IMG/VR virus record: IMGVR_UViG_3300045988_105262
DNA length: 32,164 nucleotides
DNA from: a virus
Reading direction: 5' to 3' (one strand)
Below, one piece after another: positions 1 through 8,096 of the stretch (position 1 is the stretch's first letter; every line of letters starts with the position of its first letter). A model generated the notes under the pieces. The model saw only the letters and a list, made by a program, of their open reading frames with translations. It ran no database searches and was not told the DNA's origin. The position numbers and the translations under genes are program-made.

Positions 1-119
1 TTCCAGTTGACCATATAATCACGGCTTTTAGAATTGTATATGATCCATCATTTTTGTCCGTCGCCCACACTGATATTTGCAAATTATCGGGTACGCAAAT
101 ATGTATAGGGTAAGCCAAA
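1..119. repeat. Left copy of an exact 119-bp terminal direct repeat (identical to 32046..32164)
   Basis: Base-by-base comparison: ttccagttgaccatataatc...atgtatagggtaagccaaa occurs at both window ends. Confidence 0.95.
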
Positions 120-835
120 TTAAACATTGAAATATCAACAAAAGTTGAACGGACTATATAGGGGCTATCACTATAAGAAAAATTACCATCACTATAAGAA
201 AAATTACCTTGCTCCCAACCAGATTCGATAGGAACAAGATATGTCCCTTTTTGGTTTGTGTCTGTTATATCTTCCTTTAGCTGATCAACCTCTTTCTGCG
301 TCGGCGCAATTTTATCCGCAATTTTACTATCAATTTCAGCGGCTGCCGCAGTAGCCTTACTTGCCGCAGTTTCTGCCGCTGATGCTGCTTCTTCACACCG
401 TGCAACTGCCGCCAAGACTTCATCAATGTTAGGCATGCGATTCCCAACATCCACGATATCGCTTCCATTGGGATCGATGGCCATAACAGCCATTCGCGCC
501 ACTGTAACGCTTGCGCCATTTTGTGTAACTCGCAACGTGCACCCCACCGGACCCGCTACATTGGCAGCATCCTGCGGCAAAACTGCCGTCACAGTCCCAT
601 CCGTCGTCGTCGCTGCACTGCTCCACGTCGTCCCGCTGCTTTCGTCATCCAGCATAGCGCGAGCACAATATAGAGACGCCGTCGCACCCGTAAAATCAAC
701 GGGCACTCCGCCTTTCGTCACCGTCACGATCCACTGTAACGCATTCGCATCACCTTTGATTATCGGCTGGTCACGCACTAAAATCGGATTGTCTCTCAGC
801 AAATCGACCGATTGCCTTTGAATAAAACTATCCAC
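1..835 (-). CDS. Tail fibre / receptor-binding protein, N-terminal part (BppU-N-like Ig domain, then Ala-rich coiled coil). Same gene as 30601..32164 across the circular junction, about 759 aa in total
   Basis: Manual translation of the minus frame (codon starts at positions congruent to 1 mod 3) is open from 904 down to nt 1. It is in phase with the ORF ending at 32163. GTG start at 835..833 lies 8 nt after AAGGAGG (850..844). The N-terminus reads VDSFIQRQSVDLLRDNPILVRDQPIIKGDANALQWIVTVTKGGVPVDFTGATASLYC..., matching the baseplate-upper/DUF2479 pattern. The ORF is absent from the supplied track because it has no stop inside the left edge. Confidence 0.75.
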   Translation of the reverse strand, partial: MDSFIQRQSVDLLRDNPILVRDQPIIKGDANALQWIVTVTKGGVPVDFTGATASLYCARAMLDDESSGTTWSSAATTTDGTVTAVLPQDAANVAGPVGCTLRVTQNGASVTVARMAVMAIDPNGSDIVDVGNRMPNIDEVLAAVARCEEAASAAETAASKATAAAAEIDSKIADKIAPTQKEVDQLKEDITDTNQKGTYLVPIESGWEQGNFSYSDGNFSYSDSPYIVRSTFVDISMFNLAYPIHICVPDNLQISVWATDKNDGSYTILKAVIIWSTG

Positions 836-855
836 TGCAATATCCTCCTTATCAC

Positions 856-2946
856 TCAATAGTCTCCAGCGCCCCGAGATTGAATGAACACCTGAAAAAA
901 CAAGTTAGCCGTGATGCGTGTCAGCTCATCCGGCACAAACGCAACTTTATGCCAGGTGCTGCGTGTGACACGCCCATCATCATTTGCTGCCATATACTTG
1001 GCGATGTCGATCTCTTTTTCATCGCCAATATCTTCTGCAGGAATCTCTTTCCCATCTACCTTAACCGTTATAGATTTTGCACGATTTCCGGTATAAATGC
1101 CATACTCTATATCATGTGTATGCTCTGGGATTTTGACGCTATGATGATGCGGCTCCAGCTCAAACTGCATGCTAGGAATTACATGCTCATGCTGAATATC
1201 ATGTACATGCGGCATGTTATGCGTATGGTCAAAGCTGTGAGCGTGCTCACCATTTTCGCCCGTTGCCTGTTTTCCACTGCCGTTCTGCGAATCGTATGCT
1301 CCACCCGTCCAAAGCGTGCCGCTCCCGTCCACCGAGCCGGTCGGCGTGACTTGGATGCTTTTGTTGCCCGTGTAGATGCCGCCGGTCGCCGATGCGCCTT
1401 TCGAAATGCTGTGATTGTGCGCGATCGAGTATGTCTTCGCCGAGCCGGAAAAGCCATGATCATGCGACGCAATCGCATGGACATGCGTAAAATTGTGACT
1501 GTGATTTCCGGCCTTGCTCGTCGTCGTCTTGACAGCGCCGAGGTAGTCCTTCGACCCGCCGGTCAGCAATACCGTGCTCCCATCCGTGTCCATCGGCTCG
1601 CTGGAGTACTTCACGCCGACGGAGATCGTCTGCGCCGGTATCGTCACCGTGCCGCCTCCGCCTTCCTCGCTCGTGCGCGTGCTTCCGCCTCCTGCTGCCG
1701 CCAGCTTGGCATAGCTGCGAAAAGGCTCGACCTGCCATTTGAGCAAGCAGCGGTTGATGCGCAGGACATTGCCGGGCACGTAAAAAGACATCTCCAGCGG
1801 ATGATCCGCGTCGCAGCTGTCCGCGATCTGCATGCTGTAAAGATTGGTCGCGCCCTGGCTGTATAGCTCCTGCACGCCGATCTTGTCCAAAATTTTGTTA
1901 AGCTCTTCGGCGGTGTCGCGCACGCTGCTGTCCAGCGTCAGCTTGACGCTGCCGGGGTCCCCCTCCATGTCAGTCTTTTCGCGACCGGTCACGCGGGTTT
2001 TAACGGTTTCGCCAAGCGCCTCGTCGAGAATCAGCACACGGTCGCCGACCCGCACATCGTCCCAGTCGTCGCCGGTCAGTGCATGCAGATCAATGCAGGT
2101 TGCCTCGTAGGAAACCTGTGGTCGCTTTCCACTTTCCAAAATTACACGCATCCGCGCCAGTAGCGTCTCCGGGTCAGTCTGCCTCAGATCGGCATGCAGA
2201 CCAACTCGCACACCATAGCGCGCCATTGTTTCAGCGTCAGCGTCGATGTAATCTCTACCGTCATTGATGGCGGCGACTGTCAGCTGGTTGTCACCCTCGC
2301 CGTAGCCACGACCGACCAGCCGCGTGACGATTCGCCCGTCGATTGTGCGCCGGATAGCACTGACGTTGCGCCCATAGACCAGCGCCCGCGTCGCCTCCTG
2401 GTCGAGCTTTTGCAGCCGGATCGTCCAAGGCTTTTCCCGCGCGTCGAAGGCGAAAGCGTACTCATCCACGAGCACCTCGCCCAGCGACATGATGGCTTCG
2501 AGGAGCGTTACATCCTCAAAGTTGTACTGGTACTGGTCGGTAAAATCGCACACGCCCAGCTCCCAGCGTGCCGTCGATTGGCGCGCGAGGATGTAGTCAA
2601 GCACCCAGCGCGTATCAAGCTCCGTCCCGCCCAGCTCATGATGACCGATCAGCATGTCATCTAGCAGCGTACACTCCGCGCTCTCCATCTCGTAGGTCAC
2701 GGTCGCGCCGCTCGCCTGCTCGGCGTGGACGGCCGATTTGACGCGGAAAAGCCCGATATAATCCTCCCCGTCCGTCAGGCGTATCCAGCTTGTCGGCACG
2801 TCGATCAGATCTGTGATCGGGTCGCTTGCGGCCATCTCCAGCGTCGCCGTGTCCAGCTCGTTGAGGGTCTGCTTGTAGCCGCAGCGGATGGCCGTGTCGA
2901 TCGGCGCTTTAAGCGTCATGCCGTCGTTCTCCATCAGCTCGATCAC
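856..2946 (-). CDS. Tail-associated (Tal-like) tail-tip/baseplate protein: prophage-tail family N-terminal region, Gly-rich linker, C-terminal HxH-repeat fibre domain
   Basis: Positioned after the Dit-like gene. Likely GTG start at 2946 (GTGA overlap with the upstream stop, GGGAGGTGG RBS) rather than the track start at 3045. The C-terminus carries HSH, HVH, HDH, HNH, HAH, HTH, HVH, HEH, HHH and HTH motifs. Confidence 0.7.
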   Translation of the reverse strand: MIELMENDGMTLKAPIDTAIRCGYKQTLNELDTATLEMAASDPITDLIDVPTSWIRLTDGEDYIGLFRVKSAVHAEQASGATVTYEMESAECTLLDDMLIGHHELGGTELDTRWVLDYILARQSTARWELGVCDFTDQYQYNFEDVTLLEAIMSLGEVLVDEYAFAFDAREKPWTIRLQKLDQEATRALVYGRNVSAIRRTIDGRIVTRLVGRGYGEGDNQLTVAAINDGRDYIDADAETMARYGVRVGLHADLRQTDPETLLARMRVILESGKRPQVSYEATCIDLHALTGDDWDDVRVGDRVLILDEALGETVKTRVTGREKTDMEGDPGSVKLTLDSSVRDTAEELNKILDKIGVQELYSQGATNLYSMQIADSCDADHPLEMSFYVPGNVLRINRCLLKWQVEPFRSYAKLAAAGGGSTRTSEEGGGGTVTIPAQTISVGVKYSSEPMDTDGSTVLLTGGSKDYLGAVKTTTSKAGNHSHNFTHVHAIASHDHGFSGSAKTYSIAHNHSISKGASATGGIYTGNKSIQVTPTGSVDGSGTLWTGGAYDSQNGSGKQATGENGEHAHSFDHTHNMPHVHDIQHEHVIPSMQFELEPHHHSVKIPEHTHDIEYGIYTGNRAKSITVKVDGKEIPAEDIGDEKEIDIAKYMAANDDGRVTRSTWHKVAFVPDELTRITANLFFQVFIQSRGAGDY

Positions 2947-3710
2947 GCGATCCACCTCCCGCGCAGGTAGGCCGTCACGACGGCTTCGCCGCCGGTCAGC
3001 ATGACGCCGATGCTCTGCCCGCGCGTCACCTTCAGGCGCTTCCACGCCTTGACCGTGCCAAAGCGCTGCACGCCGTCCACGCTCAGGATCGGCGGCAGGT
3101 CTGCCCGCGCGTCGCCCGCCTCGTATCGGATCGTCTGCCCCTCCGCAGCGTCAAGGCCGGACAGTGCCAGCGACTTGCCGCCGACCACAATCGTCGCCGC
3201 CGTCACCTTGCCGCTCGTGACCTTGATATCCACGCGCAGCGGCGCGGCGACGTCCGTGTCAAAGCCCGCGCGGAGGGTCGCTTTCCCGCCGCCGGTCGTG
3301 GCGGTCGCCGTCTGCGCGTGCGTCGCAAAGACAAGCCCCTGCATCGTCGCCATCAGCTGGATGCAGCCGTCCGGCCAGCTCTTGCCGTCCAGCTCTGCGG
3401 CCTTGTCAAAGCTGCATATGCGGTAAACCTCCGGGTCGCGCTCGAGGATCAGCCTGCCGCGCCTGGCGCACAGCCATCCCACGATCCGGCGACAAAATGC
3501 TTCGTCCGCTTCCCGCCCGTCCATCGGCGTCAGCGTCACCTTGCGCGTCACGCTCTTGTAGCTCGCCTCGCCGATCTCCGCCTCGATGCCGCCGGGCAGG
3601 TCGTATAAATTGCGGCTGATTGTTGTACCGATGGTCGTCGTTTCCCCGAAAAAAGCATGTGCTCCAAAATCCCGACAGCTTTTTCCGGCAAAGCTGAAAT
3701 CGTCGTACAC
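2943..3710 (-). CDS. Distal tail protein (Dit-like siphovirus tail component)
   Basis: Lies immediately downstream of the tape measure gene. GTG at 3710 is preceded by AAGGGGTGG. Size of about 255 aa is typical for Dit. The upstream extension to 3770 overlaps the TMP gene and lacks an RBS. Confidence 0.6.
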   Translation of the reverse strand: MYDDFSFAGKSCRDFGAHAFFGETTTIGTTISRNLYDLPGGIEAEIGEASYKSVTRKVTLTPMDGREADEAFCRRIVGWLCARRGRLILERDPEVYRICSFDKAAELDGKSWPDGCIQLMATMQGLVFATHAQTATATTGGGKATLRAGFDTDVAAPLRVDIKVTSGKVTAATIVVGGKSLALSGLDAAEGQTIRYEAGDARADLPPILSVDGVQRFGTVKAWKRLKVTRGQSIGVMLTGGEAVVTAYLRGRWIA

Positions 3711-3711
3711 T

Positions 3712-6414
3712 TTACCACCCCTTTCGACTAGCGCTCTGACCGCTGACGGTTCCAGCTGACCGGTTGGCAATCTGTTGGCTCACGCCCTCGGCGACGATGC
3801 GCCCAGTGCGCTGACCATCAAAATACAGTCCAACGCCATTTAGCGCCCCTCTGACAGCCTCGGCGATGTCATTAGCAGAAATACCCGTTCCTCCGATTTG
3901 CGCATCACCTATAGGTGAATAGGTTGCTCTCCGTGTATTGTAGCCGCCGCTGAACGCCTCAGCTAGCGCGCCGCCTGCCTCTCGGACACGATCATCTGCA
4001 TCATCAAAAGCGTTCAGCAGACCCTCAATCGTATATTCGCCAGCTTCAGCCATCACACGACTCGGACTCCTGATTTTCATCGTCGTTGTATACCCACGCC
4101 GAAATGCGCCAGCGATACGTCTACCTGCATCGTACGCATCCTCTTCACGCTCATTGATCGCGCCAAGCAGACCCGTCACGCTGTCACTGCCAACCTGCGA
4201 AAGATCACCCATACCGAAATCCGCGCCATCCACCACCGCCGTGCCAAGCGTCTCGCCAGCATCTTGCATGTCTGGTTCCATGTCCATGACAGCATCCACG
4301 CCCGTCTGTGTCAGCTCTTCAGCAGCCGTCTGCATGTCAATGTCTTTTTCAGTCAGTGCATCAGCCGCGGACTGTCCTGCATCTGAGGCTGCATCTGCCA
4401 TTTGCGTAGCAAGTTCGCCGATCTGCGCGATGATTTCATCATGCTTAGCCATCAGCTCCGCAGACTTGGCAAATTCTCCAGCAATATCAGATTCCATAAT
4501 CTGCGCATTGATGTCGTCGAGCTGTTTTTCCAATTCTGCTCTTTGCGCAGCAAGCTCTTCAACGCTGGTCTTGATTGCCGTTTTTGCCTGCTCAGCTTGC
4601 TCGACCATGGCAATGTAGGCTTCACGCCCTTCGTCAAATCGCTGAGCAGCACCGGTTGCCGCTTCATCAACAGCATCCGCCGCCGTTTTAGCAAGTCCAC
4701 TCCATACGCTGCCTGTTTCGTCAATGTTTGCATTTACCTTCGATGTTGTATCTTCAAGCGAGTCAAGCATTGAATTTAACGCCGGTGCAAAAGCATTATC
4801 TGTTTCTTCTGATAAATTCTCGCGCATCTGGGAATAAGCATCAGTAATGCCATCATTTACCGTCTTACCCAACCCACTGAAAAAACTTCCTGTTTCATCA
4901 ATATTCTGGTTGAGCGTCTGTAGGGCTTCTTTTCCTGCATCCAATACAGGAGTTATTGCTTCACCTGCTTCCTGAGAAATGCGCTCCATGGTGCCGCTCC
5001 ACACATCTTTAAGCGTGTCGGTTTTTGCAATCATTGCATCTTCTGTTGCGCCGGCCACATCACCGATTTGCCGATAGCCTGCGAGGATTGTATCGACGAT
5101 CTGACCATTGGTTTCAATCCAGATTTTATCGCCAAAGAGCGTTTTTCCCAAATCATTCCGCTTAGCTTCATCCTGAACCGCTTGCAGATTGGTCAGCACC
5201 ATTTGTACAGCATTTGCCGCTGTTTCGCCGCCTTCTTGCAGTTTCTTCGGCAAGTCAGTCGCTTCGATGCCCAAACTCTTGAGCGCTTGTTTACTTTCCT
5301 TGCTTCCACTAGTCAGGGTCTTAACGAAGGTTTCAACGCCTTTATTCAAGTTACTATCCTTGCCAAGAGCTTGATCATTGCTTGCGCTTTTTAGAGCGCT
5401 ATACATGTTATCTACATCATATCCAAGCTGCTGATAAGTCTGGCTATAATCTTCAAAAGCATTGAGCATCTGCGCGCCGCCATCGGAAAGATCCTGTTGA
5501 CCTTTAGTCATCAAATCAATGGCATGGTCATAAGTCGTACCAAAAGTATTAACCATGCTCGTTGCGCGATCCATCGTATCCTGTACACCCTGACCAAATA
5601 CTTGATCAAGCGTAATAGCCATATTAGTAATGCGTGTAACGTATGCTTCATCATCAATACCAGCATTACCCAACACTGTATCCACTGCTGCCACATCACT
5701 GACCGTCTGGTCTCCGCTGCGTTGTCCAGCCCATGTACGATCCACAGCATCTTTAATGCTTCTTCGCCTTTCAGCAAGCTCGTCAGTTCCTGCCAATGCT
5801 CGAGCCTGCGCATCCTCCTGTTGCCCTTGTATAGCTTCACCAAGCGCCCACTTCACGCCCTCAGCCAGCCCTTCAAGTGCCTTTTTGCCAACCTCAAACT
5901 CAATCAGCTTTTGCCCGACCACGTCGCCGATGCTGGATGCCAGATCCTGCACGTCGCCCTGCGCCTGCTGTGCGCTGTCGCCGATACCCTCCAGGCTCTT
6001 TGCCGCGCCGTCAAGGCCCTCGCTGGTCTGGCCGCTTGCGTCTGTGATTGCGTCCAGCCCATCCGTAAAGCCGCGCATCTGTGTCTCCGTTTTAGCCATT
6101 TCCGTGCGCGCATTATTGATCTTCGTGCGCAATTCGGCCGCCTGACGACTGTTTTTGCCGTATGCGTCCTCAACCTTGCCCAGCTGATCCTCCATCAAGG
6201 CGAGACGCTGACGCTGCTGGTCGATGCTTTGGCTGAGTGCCTCCGTCTGCTGCGTAGTCGTGCGCGTCGCGCTATCCGCGTTGGCATACTCCGCCGCGGC
6301 GGCTGAAAGCGCGGACTTGGTCTCTCTTAACTGGCGGTTGATGTCCGCCATCGCCGCCTTATACTGCTTCTCGCCCTCGATGACGATCTTAGTGCGGATC
6401 GTCGTGTCGCTCAT
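3712..6414 (-). CDS. Tape measure protein
   Basis: 900 aa, Ala/Gln/Glu-rich and coiled-coil-like, with internal repeats (NIDETGSFFSGLGKT / NIDETGSVWSGLAKT). Lies between the chaperone pair and Dit. RBS GGAGGTGA precedes ATG 6414. Confidence 0.9.
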   Translation of the reverse strand: MSDTTIRTKIVIEGEKQYKAAMADINRQLRETKSALSAAAAEYANADSATRTTTQQTEALSQSIDQQRQRLALMEDQLGKVEDAYGKNSRQAAELRTKINNARTEMAKTETQMRGFTDGLDAITDASGQTSEGLDGAAKSLEGIGDSAQQAQGDVQDLASSIGDVVGQKLIEFEVGKKALEGLAEGVKWALGEAIQGQQEDAQARALAGTDELAERRRSIKDAVDRTWAGQRSGDQTVSDVAAVDTVLGNAGIDDEAYVTRITNMAITLDQVFGQGVQDTMDRATSMVNTFGTTYDHAIDLMTKGQQDLSDGGAQMLNAFEDYSQTYQQLGYDVDNMYSALKSASNDQALGKDSNLNKGVETFVKTLTSGSKESKQALKSLGIEATDLPKKLQEGGETAANAVQMVLTNLQAVQDEAKRNDLGKTLFGDKIWIETNGQIVDTILAGYRQIGDVAGATEDAMIAKTDTLKDVWSGTMERISQEAGEAITPVLDAGKEALQTLNQNIDETGSFFSGLGKTVNDGITDAYSQMRENLSEETDNAFAPALNSMLDSLEDTTSKVNANIDETGSVWSGLAKTAADAVDEAATGAAQRFDEGREAYIAMVEQAEQAKTAIKTSVEELAAQRAELEKQLDDINAQIMESDIAGEFAKSAELMAKHDEIIAQIGELATQMADAASDAGQSAADALTEKDIDMQTAAEELTQTGVDAVMDMEPDMQDAGETLGTAVVDGADFGMGDLSQVGSDSVTGLLGAINEREEDAYDAGRRIAGAFRRGYTTTMKIRSPSRVMAEAGEYTIEGLLNAFDDADDRVREAGGALAEAFSGGYNTRRATYSPIGDAQIGGTGISANDIAEAVRGALNGVGLYFDGQRTGRIVAEGVSQQIANRSAGTVSGQSASRKGW

Positions 6415-6429
6415 CGTCTGTCACCTCCG

Positions 6430-6974
6430 TCAAGGGCAGTCCGCAAGACCGCCCATCCGCTTGGGCGCGCTGCCGCCCGTCTGCTTGCGCGTCAATCTCA
6501 GCACAGCCGCCGGTGAGAGCCGCCAGAAGTCCTCTATGCCGATCCCCGCCTCAAGCGCGGATCGCATCATGCGCCCCCACGGCATATCATCCGACGGCTT
6601 CACCCGTTTTTTGCCTGCCCGCCTTTGCCCGTCTCAAGCGCGACCATCGCCGCGCTCACAATGTCGTCGGCCTGATCCAGCAGCTCGCGATAGGTTACAT
6701 GCGCGTCAAAATCTGCGAAAGTCGTCCGCTGCCGTGCAGGCACATGGTCTCGGATTTCCGCCGATGCGATTGCGCCCCAGCACAGCGCGCAAAGCGCGCC
6801 GAAGATTTTTTGGTGTGCCTGGGTCAGGATGCCCAGATAACCCATCCGCACGCCCATCGCCGCCGAATAGCAAAGTTCCGTCCTCCTGATTTGCTCGTTG
6901 TCAAAGCGCAGCTCGTAAGCCCTGCCGCCCAGCTCCGCCGTGATGACCGGCGCGTCGATATCCATTGCCTGCAT
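6430..6974 (-). CDS. Tail assembly chaperone -1 frameshift fusion (gpGT-like)
   Basis: After the A_AAA_AAC heptamer, the -1 frame is open for 58 codons (KKRVKPSDDMPWGRMMRSALEAGIGIEDFWRLSPAAVLRLTRKQ...). It stops at TGA 6432..6430, just before the TMP RBS. Confidence 0.6.
6600..6974 (-). CDS. Tail assembly chaperone (gpG-like, zero-frame product)
   Basis: Lies between the major tail and tape measure genes. ATG 6974 lies 5 nt after AGGAGG. Ends ...GCA AAA AAC GGG TGA. Confidence 0.7.
   Translation of the reverse strand: MQAMDIDAPVITAELGGRAYELRFDNEQIRRTELCYSAAMGVRMGYLGILTQAHQKIFGALCALCWGAIASAEIRDHVPARQRTTFADFDAHVTYRELLDQADDIVSAAMVALETGKGGQAKNG
6606..6612 (-). promoter_or_regulatory. Programmed -1 ribosomal frameshift slippery heptamer A_AAA_AAC
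   Basis: Canonical X_XXY_YYZ pattern in the correct phase, two codons before the zero-frame stop. Confidence 0.6.
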
Positions 6975-7064
6975 TTTATCCTCCTGTCCGCTTGCGGGGT
7001 CATGCCCCCGTTTTGCGTATAGAATCTGCGGCATACTGATCTCTTTTTGTATGCCGCAGGTAGT

Positions 7065-7754
7065 TTAACCGCCAGTCGTCAACCCTTCAGCCAGCTTTGC
7101 AAGGTCGGGGACTGCCGCAAAAAATTTTTCCGGCGTCACTGCCTGGTTTGCCTCGAGTGCCGTATCGCAGATGATTTCAACCGGACGCATAAATGCACCG
7201 TTTCCGATACCCATGCGATACGCAACGCGCACACCGGCATGATCAAGCGTTGGGATTGTATAGCTCAGGGTATCATCCTCTTCGGTGGTAGCTGTTACCT
7301 CACCCTCTGAAAACTCACCCTGCAAAATCCAGCGCATGACCATTGTGCCATCATCACGCGTTTCGCATACCCCGACTGCACACTTGGGCTGAGCCTTGTC
7401 ACCCAAAATTTCATTGCCGTTGGCCATCACGTGCCCGAGAATCTTTGCTCGCTTCTCGGCAACCATGCGCGGATAGCTGATCTTGGTGGTCATGCCAGTC
7501 AGCATTTTGCGCTTGCGAATAGTACGATTGCTGGCTGCCTGCTGTCCCTCCGCATATGTGGGCGTCAGACCGATTTCTGTGCTTTCGCATGCCAGAAAGG
7601 GTGTGTCATACGTCGGCGGGGTCGTGCTGGTACCCTCGCTCGTCATCAGCGCGATATAAGCGTCTGATACGCCGGTATACAAGCCAAGCGCTTGCAAAGC
7701 AGTCAAATCTGCGCCGAATGTCGTCGATTCGCTCTGCAACGCAATATCATTCAT
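7065..7754 (-). CDS. Major tail protein (phi13-like family pattern)
   Basis: 229 aa, located directly upstream of the chaperone and TMP genes. N-terminal pattern GVSDAYIALMTSEGTSTTPPTYDTPFLACESTEIGLTPTYAEG resembles major tail proteins of Firmicutes siphophages. Confidence 0.65.
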   Translation of the reverse strand: MNDIALQSESTTFGADLTALQALGLYTGVSDAYIALMTSEGTSTTPPTYDTPFLACESTEIGLTPTYAEGQQAASNRTIRKRKMLTGMTTKISYPRMVAEKRAKILGHVMANGNEILGDKAQPKCAVGVCETRDDGTMVMRWILQGEFSEGEVTATTEEDDTLSYTIPTLDHAGVRVAYRMGIGNGAFMRPVEIICDTALEANQAVTPEKFFAAVPDLAKLAEGLTTGG

Positions 7755-8079
7755 TCACATTTTCCTCCTCTTTTATGTTCCGCGGATCATAACGCAGCTG
7801 GAGCACTAGTCTCACATGCTGGGCATAGATAGCCTCTTGTGCGCTATCCTCCGCGTCGGTCAGCTGGCGGCAGAAAAGCAGTGCCGCCGAGGCGTAAAGC
7901 TTGGGCGCGCAGGTCGCCATCGCATCGTATACGCCAGCGGCGCGAAGGCTCTCAACAGCTGCCTCCATGTTGTCCATAGCCTCCTGGTCAAGCTCGCTGC
8001 CCGCGTCCACACCGCGGAGATAGCGGCGCACGCGCTCCTGACCGCCTAGATAGGTGTCAATCAACGTCCGCGCGTCCAT
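7747..8079 (-). CDS. Head-tail connector protein (gp6-like), by position and size
   Basis: 110 aa, immediately after the major capsid gene. RBS GGGGAGG precedes ATG 8079. Confidence 0.45.
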   Translation of the reverse strand: MDARTLIDTYLGGQERVRRYLRGVDAGSELDQEAMDNMEAAVESLRAAGVYDAMATCAPKLYASAALLFCRQLTDAEDSAQEAIYAQHVRLVLQLRYDPRNIKEEENVNE

Positions 8080-8096
8080 GCCTCACGCCTCCCCGG

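Noticed and set aside
1-119. True phage direct terminal repeat (DTR)
   Set aside because: It lies in the middle of a long ORF that is continuous across the join, with no packaging genes adjacent. A fixed-length assembly overlap of a circular or permuted genome is more likely, though read-terminus analysis is needed to exclude a DTR.
426-821. 131-aa plus-strand ORF and the minus-strand ORFs 277..519 and 429..626
   Set aside because: All are overlapped by the continuous, RBS-preceded fibre frame (835 down to 1). That frame has a recognisable BppU-N-like domain, while these have odd composition and no RBS.
2947-3045. N-terminal extensions of several track ORFs: 3045, 3770, 7034, 12201, 17005, 17583, 23342, 28654 and 30617
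   Set aside because: The extensions overlap the preceding gene and lack an SD. Internal starts have AGGAGG-type RBSs at 5-9 nt and often ATGA/GTGA coupling.
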